NCBI GenBank assembly: GCA_026025795.1
Contig: JAPEUG010000012.1
Location: forward strand, 62,001 to 98,483
DNA: 36,483 nucleotides
Origin: Thelocarpon superellum
Lineage: Eukaryota
Direction of reading: 5' to 3'
The notes beneath the pieces are model-generated. The model was given only the letters and a program-made list of their open reading frames with translations, ran no database searches and was not told the origin of the DNA. The translations under genes and the position numbers were made by a program. Below are positions 13,247 through 26,371 of the stretch, piece after piece (positions within the stretch are counted from its first letter, which is position 1; each line of letters opens with the position of its first letter).

Positions 13247-13413
13247 CCACCGGCTCCCGCGCCTGGGCTACAGCTTGACATTGTCCTGGGGCGTTGTACT
13301 CTCACGCAGGTCGGAAGGGGGACGCGGGCATGGTCGAGACATGGCTTCAATTACATAGAGATGTCGTCGGGATCATGACTGGCTTCCTCGTTCGTATCCC
13401 CAAAACTGTCCGA

Positions 13414-14783
13414 TCATTTGCTTGCTGCACCGGGCGGACTCCACAGGCCGGAGCTGGTCGCCGGCGCGGGCGGCGGCACCGGCCGCTCGCGATCGGGCAT
13501 CGGGGTATCGCCGTGGGCGGGGGCAGCCTGAGCGGCCTGGCCGTCGTTCTTCGCCTTGGACGGGTCGGCACTCATCCCGCCGTTCATTATCGCGCCGCCC
13601 TCACGCAGCTTGTTGATGGCGCGGATGGTATCAATGGCCGCATGCAGCGTGCGACGCGCGTTGAAGTTCTTCTTGACCGTCGGCAAGAGATCGGCCTCCT
13701 TGTCGGGAGTCTGCTCGGCCAAGAAGGGGTGCGAGAGCGCTTCGTGCGATGTCAAGCGCCGACTCGGATCGATGGTCAGGCAGCTGCGGATGAAGTCGCG
13801 CGCTGCAGACGCCGTTAGCCTCCGTTGCGCGCCAACGGGGCCCCGTTGTCGTTCGCCTTACCTTGCTCCGACACCCCGCGCCAGTATTCGATCGGGCTGA
13901 AGCTGTAATCGGCCACCAAGATGGCCTGCATCTCCTCGAGATTCGAGTCGCGGTCGAAGGGCGTGTAGCCGCACAAGAGGAAGTAGGTGATGACCCCGAT
14001 GGCCCAGATGTCCCTGTCCTCGTCAGCCGCTGGTGCCATCTCCAGGTGGTGGAGGGGCGCGCGCGTACACCGGCTTGCCATGGCCCGTCTTCTTGAAGAT
14101 CTCGGGGGCCATGTATCCCGGGGTGCCGCAGGTGGTGGTGAGCACGTGGAACTGCTCCTCGTCCATGATGCGCGACAGGCCGAAATCGGCGATCAAGAGA
14201 TCCGCGTTGTCTTCGGGCGTACGGAAGAGGAGGTTCTCGGGCTTTAGATCGCGATGCACGATGCCGTGGTCGTGGAGGTAGGCGACGGCGGAGAGGGTGG
14301 CGCGGATGAGGTCGGCGGCGTCGCTCTCGTAGTAGCTACCCTTGCGACAGATCCGGTCGAAGAGCTCGCCCCCGAGCGCCAGATCGGTGACGAGGTAGAC
14401 TGTGGGCCACGGCTTGGTGAGGATCCTTCCCTATCGGACACGACCGACTCACGGTTGTTCATCGTCTCGAAGTAATCGACCAAGGTCAGGATATTCTGAT
14501 GCCCCATGGACACCTTCTTCAGCACTGCGATCTCATTCCGCACCTGTCAAGGTCAGGCGGCCATCGCCTGAGCGCGGCACGTGTCCCTCACCATATGTTC
14601 TCGACCGGCCATGAGCCGCTTGTTGATCACCTTGGCGGCATAGTACCGGCCGCTATCGATGTGCACGCATTCCTTGACGACGGAGTAGGACCCGGCGCCC
14701 AGGGTCTTGCCCGTCTTATATCGGCAGGGTTGCACCTGGGGGGGACTGGCGGCCGGGTGGCCCGCGGCGGGTTGTGACGACAT
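13414..14783 (-). CDS. cmkB: Calcium/calmodulin-dependent protein kinase, type I (CmkB/Cmk1-like)
   Basis: Five exons. GAGSYSVV Gly-loop, AAKVI, HRDLKPENLL, ADFG, activation loop LTTTCGTPGYMAPE, DIWAIGVITY and a C-terminal autoinhibitory/CaM-binding segment KKNFNARRTLHAAIDTIRAINKL. Confidence 0.93.
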
Positions 14784-15357
14784 CTCGGGCACTCAGGCGC
14801 CACCAGCCGAGTCCTAGTAGGGATAGGCAATACAGCGTGATGGTCGGGCTTCGCACCGGGAGAGACCCTTTGGGTGCGGTGCTGCCGACTCAGTCGGGAG
14901 AGCTCCCGGATCAGCGAATGGCGGAGGGGAGCTCGGGCAAGCCCCGTGTCATGACCAAGCAACGTGCGGCGGTACTCGCGGCGAGGGCGGGCTTTACGTT
15001 CTTCGCTAGGGGTTCTTGATCGAATCCCAAAGATCTGACGTGGTTGAGGGCTGGGATGTGGATGAAGGTCAGACGCTTCAGCTCTTCCGCCGGCCCCCAC
15101 ACGCCGTGCGGATCGTGGGGGGTCACTCATAGCGGCGGGCAGCCGGGTAAGCGAGCGTGCCCGTCGGGCTGACTATCGGCCACCACGCACCACCAAGCAA
15201 TCCCGCCAGGCATCACAAATCCGAGGGCGATTGGATGCCTCAGCAAGCCATGCAGCCTCAGCCAGCCATGCATATCAGATCCATCTCCAGCGGGGCCTGA
15301 GCCCTCTGGCACCCGTTGGATGAGGGACTCACCTTTGTGGCGGGTCGTCATGGCTAG

Positions 15358-18150
15358 CTAGATACTGCCTGAGCGGCTCATGCTCCGACTACGACTTTCA
15401 TCCGTCTCCCGCAGGCCCTCACGACCGACGCCAAAGACACCGGCAGTCCAGTCGGCAAAGGTGTCCACGTCCCACACCTCGTCCTCGCGTCCTTTGCCCT
15501 TTTTGCTCGCCGCCTTGCCATCGGTGGCGATGTCGGTCGCGTACTTGCGATGGAAGTCGTCGTAGCTTTGCACCACCTGGTCCTGCACCGCCGCCACGAG
15601 GGTTTCGCGGGTGCGCGCGTCGTCGAGGTATTCGTCCAGCTTGCGTCGTAGCGCCACAATCTCGCGTTCCGTCGCCTCGCGCACCGTGGCGACGGCGACG
15701 CCGCCGCGGAAGCCACGCTTGGCCGCGGCGGCGGGCGCAATGGCCAGCGTCATGGTGCCGGCGGCATGGTGGGTGAAGTCGGTGATGACGGCGCGGAGAC
15801 GTGCGTCCAGCTCGGCCTTGGCATCCAGCATGTTCTCGACCACCCGCGGCAGGAGGCTGCCACTCATGAGCTGCACCAGCGTGCGCGGATTGAAGAGTCC
15901 GCCGCGCTCGCGCAGCTCCCAGAAGGTGCCAGTGACGCTGGAGAAGTCAAAGGCGACCTCGGGCGTGATGAACTCAATGTCAAAGGCGACAATCTGCGAT
16001 TTGAGGATCAACAGATGCTTCATCAGAAACAGCTGCCCATCCGCCGCTGTCGCTTTGCCGCTGATCAGCGTCGCGGCCTGATGGAGGGACAGGGTCGTCT
16101 GATGCACGATCTGGTGCGCGAGATCATCAAACACGGTCGACTGCCACGGATTAGCAGGGCTACAGAGGAGGTGAGGGAAGGACGGCGTACGTTGACGAGC
16201 CGGTAGATGCGACTCAGCAGCCAGATGGCCTTGCGGAGGGTGGGATACCATTTGGACGCGCCACGGCCGGCGTCGAGGTCCCAGCGCGTGCCGCGGCCCT
16301 CGACAAAGGGCGAGTCCTCATCGACCACGACCGGCGTCGACGGCACGGGCGTGGTGGGGCTGGTCAGCGAAGCCTTGCGCCCACTAGTCTTGCCCACGAC
16401 CTTCTCCTTCTTCCCCGCCGTGGGCGCAGGGTGATTGCAAGCGGGATAGTCGACGTCCTCGGGCTTAGGCCGGTAGCGTTCGATCTCGTCACGGAGGATG
16501 GCCTGCGTGCGGAAGACGAGGCGGGTCTGCGCGTCCTCGAGCACGGGCTGGATCAAGGCGGCAAAGTCCAGCTGCGACACCTCGGCCGAGTCGGCGTCTT
16601 CGTCTTGGTCGTGCAGGTAGCGGGTCTGGATCAGGGTGCACAGCTCGCAGAGCTTGGGCAAGTCGTTCTCGCGGATGATGCGCGGCCGCAGGTGGTCGTA
16701 CAGCGGTTCCACCACGAATTCCAGGAATTCGTAGAGCCCTGCCTCTCCCTCGAACCATTCGCCCCAGAGCTCACACTCGTCGAGGCAGACACCCCGCACA
16801 TAGCCCATGCTGCTCCGCGCAAAGGCGACCAGGTCTTTGGCCGTGCTGGGGGCCATGGCGATCTCGCCCATCTTCTTGCGGGCCAAAGGGATGACCAGCT
16901 TGCCTCGGGTGGCGGTATAGCTCTGGTAGAGCTCGTTCATCAGGCTCTGGCATTCCGCTTCCGCGCTGCCATCTCCGCTGGCCGAGGATGAGGAGGCCCG
17001 CTTTTGGATCTCCATGCCAACTCGCTTCAGCTCGTCGGCGCCGACACGAAATTTCGCATACAGCAAGGCGGACATGGTGGTCTCGTTGAGTTGCCGGTCC
17101 GCTATCCGGCGCGTCACGTCGGCGGCGATCTCACGGAGTGACGTGGCGAAGTGGACGCGCACCAGCGTTAGGGCGCGGGTCAACAACAGACGATACCGCG
17201 AATGATAGGTCTGGGCTTCGCGCTGCGTGGGCTGCGTGGCGTTAGCAAGACTCAGGCAGGCATGACGGGAAGAGGAGTCGTACATGCGCGGCCATGTATG
17301 CGATACAGTGATCTAAGCTGGACAGCATCTCGGAGAAGTCGGGACCGCGGACGAAGCGGCCCGCGCCCGGAGCATTGAGGCGTTTGGTGATGGGCTCCAA
17401 GTAGTTGTAATACTGGAGATTCGTCTCGATGCCGTCGGCCACAGCGGCCAGTCGCTGCTGTTCCGACAGCACTTCCTGGCACTGGGCCCGGACGGTGGTC
17501 GTCTGCGCATCGACGGAGCGGAACGACTGGGAGAGGGACGAGAGGAGGTCCAGGGTCGTGCTGGTCGTGCGCAAGAGGGCGTCCAGATGCGACTGCGAGA
17601 GCACAAGAGAATCGCGATACAACCTGATCGAGGACGAGCGAGCACTCAGCATGGGCCCTGGTGGCACAATGGGCGCGACGACTTCATCGCCCGCTTACTG
17701 ATATTCTTCATCTTCGGCGTCTAGCAGCGCCTCTTCGACTCCTCCATAGTACCGGCTAAAATCCAGCTCGGTCCTCATCTCCTTGTCCAGCCCTGGCCAG
17801 CCCTCGTCCGCCTTGGAGGCATCTTTTCGTGACTGCGCCCGGGCCGCATCGTAGAAGTCGGAGTATGACTGCGCCCGTCGCGCGATGGTGGCGGTGGGAG
17901 GACCCCGCGGCGCGGGTGGGGGTACGATCTGCTCGACGACCTCCTCTACGTGACCGGAGTCAGCTTGGTCATTCTCCTGTCAATCCATCAGCGTAATGCT
18001 CGACCCCTCTTGCGCTCGTGTGGAGAGCGCTCTTACGTGGACTTGTTTCAGCAACGACTCTCGTCGCTGGTGCTTGGAGGTCCACGACGGCTCCTCTTGG
18101 GACCGAGCGCTTGGAACCAAGGCGGCGTACCAGGCATCATCATGCATCAT
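15358..18150 (-). CDS. COG3: Conserved oligomeric Golgi complex subunit 3 (Sec34)
   Basis: Five exons starting MMHDDAWY. Contains ARRAQSYSDFY, NLQYYNYLEPITKRLNAPG, YRLLLTRALTLVR, EPLYDHLRPRII, VLEDAQTRLVFR, WYPTLRKAIWLLSRIYRLVN|STVFDDLAHQIVH and DGQLFLMKHLLILKSQIVAFDI. Confidence 0.93.
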
Positions 18151-18581
18151 GAAAACCTGGGGATGCCCAGGCCACCTGGCAGCCGGTAGTCCCGACTGTG
18201 GGCTTTATCCCTGCAGCCTCGATCGAAGTCAACAGTCCACTTTCCGCCGACCTTATGTCATCCCGGCCGCTCCGCGGAACTTTACGCGCCGTCTGCCGGC
18301 AGGGCGACCAACCGCGGCCATGACTAAGCGATTAGCCGCGACGCGTCGTCTAAATGGATGACGTTATGATCGTGTGAGGAGCCCCCAATACATTTGGGAC
18401 GATGGAGATGACGACGCAGGAGCACAAGTGAGGGCGAATAATTGATTGTCGATACCGAGAAGAGACAGCGTGCGAGTCGAAGCGAGAGCAGTCACAACTG
18501 TTAGCTCTCCCTCTAGTCATTCCCTCACAATGACTGGACCCAATGCTGACTGCAATCCAGGAGGAATATTGAGGAGTGAGG

Positions 18582-20357
18582 ATGTCGACTCGAAGCCTCT
18601 CCTCGCGAGTGGTGCCGGCACTACGTCTCTCTGCCCGCAGGTACCGCGTGACCCAATGCCACCACCGTCGATCACTACATCAAGGATCTCGTTTGTCTCG
18701 GAGCCCCGGGACCGACCACTTTGGCTCGACGTCACAACGAGCGCTCCTGCTTGCACTCGTCGGAGGGGCCGGACTCTACACGTCCAGATGGTTCGGGGTC
18801 CGGGAAGCACACGCTGAAGCCCCGCCCGCTGACGGCCCCATCCTGGAGCAAGCAAAGAAGCGAGGTCGAGCGTCCAAAGAAGAGAATCGGGACTTGATAA
18901 GCTCGCAGCATCTGCAGGTGAAGAAGAGCTGGGAGAACCCAGGCGTATATGCGTGGGGGTCCAACAGTGGCCGGGTGGCGGCGCCCGACAGCGAGGAAAC
19001 CTTCATCAAGACGCCACGTCGGCTCCCATACTTTGATGGGCTGTTGCTCCGCGACATCAAGCTCGACCGCAACTTTGGAGCGGCCATCACGGAGGGTGGA
19101 GACCTTCTGCAATGGGGCATCGGCTACGCCACCGAGGCAACTGTCCCGGAACCCACGTTGACCGGCAAGAACCTAATCTCCCTCACCATCTCCCGCGACC
19201 GGATCATCGCGCTCGCCAAGAATGGCAGCGTCTACTCGCTCGCGGCGGCACGCGACGCACAAGCATCGGGACCTAAGCCATGGGAATCTTCGTGGATTCC
19301 CTTTTGGTCTTCTCAATCTAAAGTCAGCTATCGCATGTTGCAGCCCAGCAGCATGTCGCGGGGGGAGAAAGTGGTGGCCGTCGATGGAGGTCTGGAACAT
19401 GCCCTGCTGTTGACCTCCAAGGGCCGTCTCTTCTCGGCCGCCTCCAGCGGCGAAGACTTTCCCTCGCGCGGGCAGCTCGGCGTGCCGGGACTGACGTGGT
19501 CGACTCGGCCTGATGGACCATACGACCAATGCCACGAGATCACCACGCTCCGGGGATTTGAGATTGCCAAGATCGCCGCTGGCGACTTCCACTCCCTGGC
19601 CGTCGACCGCGACGGACGCGTCTTTGCCTTCGGGGACAACTCGCTGGGCCAGCTTGGATTCGACTACAACCCCGAGGCCCTCACCGTCGACGCCCCGTCG
19701 CTCCTTCCCATCCAAAAGCTCTACGCGGGGACGAACCTGCTGCCCAAGGTCACCAACGTGGCTGCGGGCGGGGTCAATAGCTTCTTCACCGTGGACGCGA
19801 CGCGCATCGCGGGGCAAGGCGAGAACCTCTCGCAGCAGCGCGGCCTTGGTCGCGTCACGGCGGACACGTTCAGCTGCGGACAGGGCATCTGGGGCGGGCT
19901 GGGCAACGGCCGCTGGACCCACGTGCAGGGCACGCCGACGAAGATCAAGGCGCTTAGCGGCCTCTTCGAATGGGACGAGGCGGCCCACACGGCGGTGCCG
20001 ATCCGCCTCGCGCACATCTCGGTCGGCTCGACGCACGCGTCGGCCGTCATGGACAACGTCACCTACCTCGACGCCAGCGACCGTAGCTCGGAGAACGACA
20101 CCAACTGGGGCGCCGACGTGCTCTGGTGGGGCGGCAACGAGTTTTACCAGCTCGGGACGGGCCGGCGCAACAACGTGTCCAATCCCATGTACATCGCGCC
20201 TTTGGATATCGACGCTGATCGGGAGAGGGGCCGTCGCGAGGAACACCGCTTTCAGATCACGCCGCGGAAGACGGTACGTGTGCAGGGTCGCAGGGTCAGC
20301 ATGGAACAGCGCATCGAGTGTGGGCGGAACGTCAGCGCCGTCTATTCCGGCGTATGA
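18582..20357 (+). CDS. FMP25: Mitochondrial RCC1-repeat protein Fmp25-like
   Basis: Single exon of 591 aa. Arg/Ser-rich presequence, hydrophobic segment LLLALVGGAGLY, SWENPGVYAWGSN, and RCC1-like repeats (GGLEHALLLTSKGRLFS, AAGDFHSLAVDRDGRVFAFGDNSLGQLG, WWGGNEFYQLGTG). Confidence 0.85.
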   Translation: MSTRSLSSRVVPALRLSARRYRVTQCHHRRSLHQGSRLSRSPGTDHFGSTSQRALLLALVGGAGLYTSRWFGVREAHAEAPPADGPILEQAKKRGRASKEENRDLISSQHLQVKKSWENPGVYAWGSNSGRVAAPDSEETFIKTPRRLPYFDGLLLRDIKLDRNFGAAITEGGDLLQWGIGYATEATVPEPTLTGKNLISLTISRDRIIALAKNGSVYSLAAARDAQASGPKPWESSWIPFWSSQSKVSYRMLQPSSMSRGEKVVAVDGGLEHALLLTSKGRLFSAASSGEDFPSRGQLGVPGLTWSTRPDGPYDQCHEITTLRGFEIAKIAAGDFHSLAVDRDGRVFAFGDNSLGQLGFDYNPEALTVDAPSLLPIQKLYAGTNLLPKVTNVAAGGVNSFFTVDATRIAGQGENLSQQRGLGRVTADTFSCGQGIWGGLGNGRWTHVQGTPTKIKALSGLFEWDEAAHTAVPIRLAHISVGSTHASAVMDNVTYLDASDRSSENDTNWGADVLWWGGNEFYQLGTGRRNNVSNPMYIAPLDIDADRERGRREEHRFQITPRKTVRVQGRRVSMEQRIECGRNVSAVYSGV

Positions 20358-20438
20358 TGATACGGGCGACGCTCTCCTTTCCTCACTCGTCATCGTCATC
20401 GTACATCCGGATCATAGATCTCCGGCGTATCTAGTGAA

Positions 20439-23206
20439 TCAATCCGACTTTTCTTCGGCGTCCTCCTCGGCGTCCTGATCGCCCTCCTCGTCCCGGTCAA
20501 GCATACCAGACTGCTTCCCGACCGCATCCGCAGCCGTTGTTGCCGCCACTGTCGCCACTGTCGCCGCTCCCGGCTTCATCTCCTGCTTGCGCCACAAGCC
20601 GGCGAGAAAATCACTGGTACTCGCCTCATCAATACTCTTATCCTCCCTCACTTTCAGAAAACGAGGAAAGCGCAAGCTGAGGCCCTTTTCCTCACTGACG
20701 AGGCCAATGGCGGCGGTGTAGGTCGGACTGATGGTCACGTCCGCAAAGGCCATCTCCCAAACCTCCTGCGGCTCAAACCAGACGTCGGGCTCGCCGATGT
20801 AATCGACGTAAGCCGGGCGCGAGATGACGGCGGCGCCGCCCTCGGCATACCGCGCTTTGTTGTCGGCGTAGAATTTATCCGTGAAGCCCGAAATGCATTT
20901 GCAGACCGCCTCGAGCGAGCCCGTGCCCGGGTTGCGGCATGCCAGCAGGATCGGCGACCACCATTTTGCTTTTCGCCCCGACCCGTGCCACGCTGCCACG
21001 GGTATCAGGTCCAGCGTGTCAAAGGTCGTGTTATAGTCCTTCTTCACCTTTAGCCAGGAGTCGAGCCGCTTGTCGGGCTCGTAGGTCGAGAGGAGCGCTT
21101 TGCGTCGCGATCCTTTGTCTTTGTCTGGCTCCTGCTCTGGCTCTTGGTCCGCGTTGCCGCCTTTGCTTTTCTTAGGAGCTTTCCGTGGCGTGGGCCGTTC
21201 CACGGTTTCGGTCTCGATCCCAACGTCTCCGTAGGACGGCAGCGCCGGGTTGGGTAGGTTATCGAGCACTTTCACCATGATGCCCTCACACTTGATGTCG
21301 GTGGCGCTCTTGAAGAACTCCAGCACCGCCTCCGAGTCGGACGAGCTGGCGTCGAGGTTCCGGACCCAGGTGAATCGCCGCGGGATCTCCGTGAAGAGGC
21401 TCCGAAGCAGCTCGCGGCGCTCTCGAAAGGGCCGATCCAAGAGCTCCTCGCCGTTCAAGAACATCAGGTCGAAGGCGAAGAGGCACACATCGACCTTGAC
21501 GCTGCCGATGACGACGTCCTTGCGCCCCCGTCCCGCCAGGGTCTGGAAGGTCTTCATCTCGCCCGACTCGTGGTCCATGGCCACCACCTCGCCCTCCATG
21601 ATGAAGCTGTCGACGCCCTCGCCGCGGATCTGCGGCACGAGGGCCACGAGATCCGGGTACTTGTCGGTCATCAGCTCGAGGTGTCGCGAGAAGATGGACA
21701 CCTTGCCGCGCGCGTCGCAGTGCACCTGAGCACGCTGCCCGTCGTACTTGTACTCGCAGCTAAAGTCGCGCCCTTGGAGCTTGGTCAGCATCTCGCTGAG
21801 ATCGCGCGTGATACTCCCCAGCATGGGTCGCAGCGGGATGTGCAACGCCAGGCCGCAACGGAGGAGCAGCTCGTCCGTCACGCCAATCTCGAGCAGCGCC
21901 GGCACCAGGTCGTTGTAGTTGGGCCGCCGCGCGAAGCATGCCTTGACCATCTCTTCTCCTCTCGCATACGTCTCGGCCAGCTCGTCCTTCTTCAGCGCGC
22001 GCAACGCAGCCTGAGAGCGGAGGGGATGGTCGGCCTGGGGGGCGCGCGAGAGTAGGAAGGCGCGCGACAAGGCAATCAGCATGGTCGTCTTCACCGCTCC
22101 GATGCGTAGCTATCTCGCTCGTCAGTTTTGCGTCGTGGGACTGATGTGAACGGCGGCCGTACGTGTTGAACCAACGTCCGTACAATGTACCGGCTCTCTT
22201 CCGCGCCGCGGGCGTCTTGGAGCAGCCGGTCGACAATGCGCTGCTTGACTTCTTGGCTGCCGTTGCCTTTGCTGTGAGCGATCTTGACCAACGATTGATA
22301 GACGCCTTGGATGGTGAGCGGCTTCGGCTTCCGCAGGGTGAAGCTCTGTCGCTTCTTGGCCTCAAAAGCCACATCTCCCGCGTCACCATGCTTGTTGTAG
22401 AGTACCTTCAGGCCCACGTTGTCGAGGCCACAGACCTTCTTCAGCGCTTTGGAGATGGCCGAGCCGCCCAAGCCTAGCTCCAGCGAGACGTAGGGCGGAG
22501 AGATGGCGTTGGTCGCCAGCCACACCGCAGGCAGGAGGCTTGCTGGGTCAGCCTCGATGATCACTCGGAGCAGATTCACCAGATTGTCGACGATCTTGAT
22601 CCGGCTCTGCGTGCTATTGACGAGCACGAAGCATCGGGTGAGGAGCGCGTAGGACGCATGGCCCCCCTCCGCGGCCCAATGCCGCTGCAGCTCGGAGACG
22701 TACTGGGCCGGATCGAAAGTCAGGGGGCTTTCGTCCAGCGGGATGGTGGAGGACAAGGTGTCTTCCGTGGCGGCACTTGACTGCAGTGAGAGCGTCGTCG
22801 GTTCCGCCGGCCGGGTCCGGTTCGAGGGCCCGTCGTGGATCAACTTGTCCTGGATGCCAATGGAGCTGAAGGGAACGTCCTCTGCCACATTACCTCCATC
22901 GAGGTCCTTTCTCGTTTCCAGGTCCTCGATCATTTGTGAGGACGACTCCATGGCTGGACTCGTCTCCTGGTTCCATTCTTCCTGCAATCGTCGGGCCAAA
23001 TCTTCGTCGGACAGACCATTCTCGTGATGCTCCACCGGCGATTCCTCGAAACCGCCTTGTGCCGATCCATCCGTCACTCCGTTGCGTCCATCGTCGGCTT
23101 TTCGGCCCGTCTGCTGTTGTCTTCCAAAGAAGTAATCCAAGCTGCGGGTAGTCGATGGAGACGCGGTCGAGTCGTTCTTCCGCCGCCGTTTGGCCGGACT
23201 GGCCAT
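20439..23206 (-). CDS. ATP-dependent DNA ligase, ligase I family (probably the second, Lig3/Adl1-like paralogue)
   Basis: Two exons with an intron at about 22112-22162 (VQH|LRIGAVKTTM). Adenylation motif CEYKYDGQRAQVH, then EGEVVA, FAFDLM, CEGIMVK, YEPDKRLDSWLKVKKDY, LDLIPVAAWHGSGRK and SLRFPRFLKVREDK. Confidence 0.93.
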
Positions 23207-23475
23207 TGGATTGTGATGGGGACTGCAGACCAACGCTCCTTATGCAGTCATCATAGTTTGAAGCTCATCGACGATCTGTCCCGCTGTGGTCGCCCTCATC
23301 TTTCGAATGTGATGTGGGGCATAGTGACGTAGAGAAGCGCCAATGCCGCTTTCATAACGCGTTGGCGTCGGCGGCTCCTCATGATCCCTGTCAACACGGC
23401 ATTCGTCGTTCCCTCCGCCCACCACCATTTGACCCCTCGACGGATCCCACATCGACTCACTCACGTACTGTAATC

Positions 23476-26371
23476 ATGGCCCCATCGATGCCACCTGCGC
23501 TCCGTAGTGAAGCTACCGAGGAGCGAGACGTCCGGGTGGAGGATTACTTGAACGACAAACTGCAGACGGCGGCCGACCTCGACGGCCTGGAGGCATTGTT
23601 GACCACGGCGAAGCAGCAACAGGTCTTGCTCAAGCAACAGGTACTGTGGCGGGAGAACTCATGAACGGCACACTGACCGCCCTCTAGCTTGCAGAGGCCG
23701 ATGTCGCGTTCCAGGATGCCCACCGTGTCAGTAGGCAGCACCAGGCTTCTGTGCTCGAGAAAGCCGACGCCTTTCAGCGACAGCAGGCCGACATCGATCG
23801 ACGCCTTACCATTGTGACCCAGTCAGATACGAGCGACGAGGCCGCCCGGCTGTTCTCTGCGAGCATTGAGAAGCTACAGCAGCTCGATGTGGCCACGGGC
23901 TACGTGGAGCTTTTGCGAGAAGTGGATGAGCTACGGTATGACCATCATCGCCCGACGGACGGATCATCTGGCCTACATTAATGTCCGTGTAGCACGGATG
24001 CTCGTAACAAAATCAAAGTGTCCCACCAAGCCGCGCTGGAGCCGTATGGGCGGCTACAGCGAATCAGTTCGGCGTTGAAGTCGCTGCAGCCAGCGGCCGA
24101 AGATGCTGCCCCGCACCTCCTGGATCATGCCGAGAAGACGGCCACCGACCTCTGGATGGAGATGAAGGCCGTGCTGGCCGCTGACCTGGGCACGACGCTA
24201 GACAAGATCCATTGGCCGAATAAAGATGTCGAGATGGATGGGGCACTCTACGACCAATGGCGTCAGGGCGTGGAGAAGCTTCTGGACCTCCAAGAACCGT
24301 GAGTGGGAACGCCCTGACGTTCCGTGTCTGGAAGTTTAACCCCCCCTCTCTAATAGGGAATTTCACGACCGTGAGCAAACGCGGGTGGAGGATGGTACGT
24401 CGTGGGAGCCACTGGTCCTCTTACCGCTTGAGGTGATGATGAAGCCACTGGAGCTGCGCTTCCGCTATCATTTTGACGGAGACAAGCCCACCAATCGACT
24501 TGACAAGGTACAGGTTCCCCTCTCCTCGACTTCCCATAGAGATACTGAATCTTTCTCGCCCTCGTAGCCCGAGTACTTCATGGCGCACGTTCAAGGACTG
24601 TTGAACGGCTACAATCCCTTCTTCGCCACCTACCTACAACCGGTTCTAACCGCCCACTTTCGCGGCTCGGACCGGTCTCTTGATCGAATGTACGTCGACG
24701 CCAGCGCGGCGCTGATCACGGCACTGCTTCCGATGCTGAGGCGGAAGATCGGCGGGACTCTGCCGCAGATTGCGGGCCAGGCTCAACTCCTCAGCCATTT
24801 CATGCACGAGCTTATGAGCTTCGACACCTATCTCCGCGAGGAATGGGGATATGATGGGGGAAACGGGGTGCAGGGCTGGTCCGGCCTCACGTGGGAGGTG
24901 CTCGTGAAGCACGACTGGTTCGGTCGGTGGCTGCGGGTCGAGCAGGATTGTAAGTGTCCCGGTCGAAGCTACGAAGGGTGGAGGGGAATGGCTGACTCGC
25001 GACACCCAGTTGCCCTCTCACGATACCAGACCATTATCGAATCCAAGGACGCGTGGGAGATTGACTACGATAGTCCGGAGCCGGGCGTGACGAAACCAAC
25101 GAAAGCGTCCATCCGGGTCAATGACCTACTTGAAACGATCACGGGTGGGTTTGCCCATTCGCATTTCACATGAAGCTTGGTGCGGTGGCTTTCTTCTCGG
25201 GTGGGTCCTGACACAATCATCGAATAGACCGCTACAGGCCGCTATCCAGCTTCTCGCAGAAATTGCGATTCCTGATCGACATCCAAATCGCCATCTTCGA
25301 CCAATTCCACCAACGGCTCCAATCCGCCTTGGAGGCCTATCTCGCCGCCACCTCAGCCGTGGTTCGCGCCGTGCAGGGAGTCAGTAAGGAGGAGCGAGCG
25401 GGAGTGGAGGGCGTTCATGGACTCGAGCGGCTGTGCCGGGTCTACGGCAGCGCCGAGTATTTGGAGAAAGCCATGGCGGACTGGAGCGACGACATCGTAA
25501 GCGGCCTGCTGTTTCGTTCGCGTGGCTGTGCTCAGCCCAGCTAATGTGGCGGGGACAGTTCTTTCTCGAGCTGTGGGACGAGTTGCAGGACCGCGCAAGG
25601 CGGAACACGGGCAGGAACCTGGCGGGCTCCATGAGTCTGGAGGCCGTGGCGGAACGCACGTCCAATGCCGTCGGCTCGACCGAGGACTCGGGCGCCTTGT
25701 TTGACGAGACGGGGTCAGCGTATCGACGACTTCGCGTGCGCACGGAGGAGGTCATGGTCGATCTGGTGGTGCAACACCTGAGGGAGGGACTGCGGCCATA
25801 TTCGCGCATGTGAGCCACCTGGCCGCACCACCATGCCGAGGAAAGCTGACGCAGACGATGCAGCAACACCTGGTCATCCCTTGATTCTGACGCGACCATC
25901 AGCGACACGTCCATTACGCCCGAGCTGGACGGTGCACTCGGACAGCTCACGGGGTCCCTCTCTTTTCTGTCGTCGGTCCTGGCCCCAGCGCCCTTGCGTC
26001 GGATCGGGCGGCAGGTATCGGGGGCTACGCAGTCGTATCTGTGGGACTATGTGCTCATGCGTCACCGCTTCTCCTCCAGTGGCGCGGGGCAGCTGTGTCG
26101 CGATCTGATGGCGATCTGGGGTGTCATGGACCGCTATCTCGGCGACGACCAGGGCGCGTCGGGCATGAGGAAGCTGAAGGAGGGTGTGACGTTGCTAGGC
26201 TTGCCCCTGGAGCGAGAAGAGGGCGATGGGCCACGGCTTGACGAGGTGGAACGACGCATCTTCGAGAGCAACGAAAAGGCTCGCGAGGTGCTGGAGGACT
26301 TGGGATTGGTGCTGCTGACGGAGAGCGAGGCGCGGGGCATCGTCGAGCGGCGGGTGGAACTAGGTGGTTGA
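23476..26371 (+). CDS. TIP20: RINT-1/Tip20 family vesicle-tethering protein (Dsl1/NRZ complex)
   Basis: Multi-exon (about 9 exons). RVEDYLNDKLQ, LLPLEVMMKPLELRFRYHFDGDKPTNRLDK|PEYF, LLSHFMHELMSFD, LRFLIDIQIAIFDQFH, WSDDI|FFLELW and FSSSGAGQLCRDL are recognisable RINT-1/TIP-1 family segments. Confidence 0.87.

Noticed and set aside
19173..20478. Long alternative ORFs overlapping FMP25 (408 aa antisense; 321 aa in a shifted plus frame)
   Set aside because: Shadow frames from high GC3 codon bias. They are low-complexity Arg/Ala/Ser-rich with no motifs, and the FMP25 frame explains the sequence.
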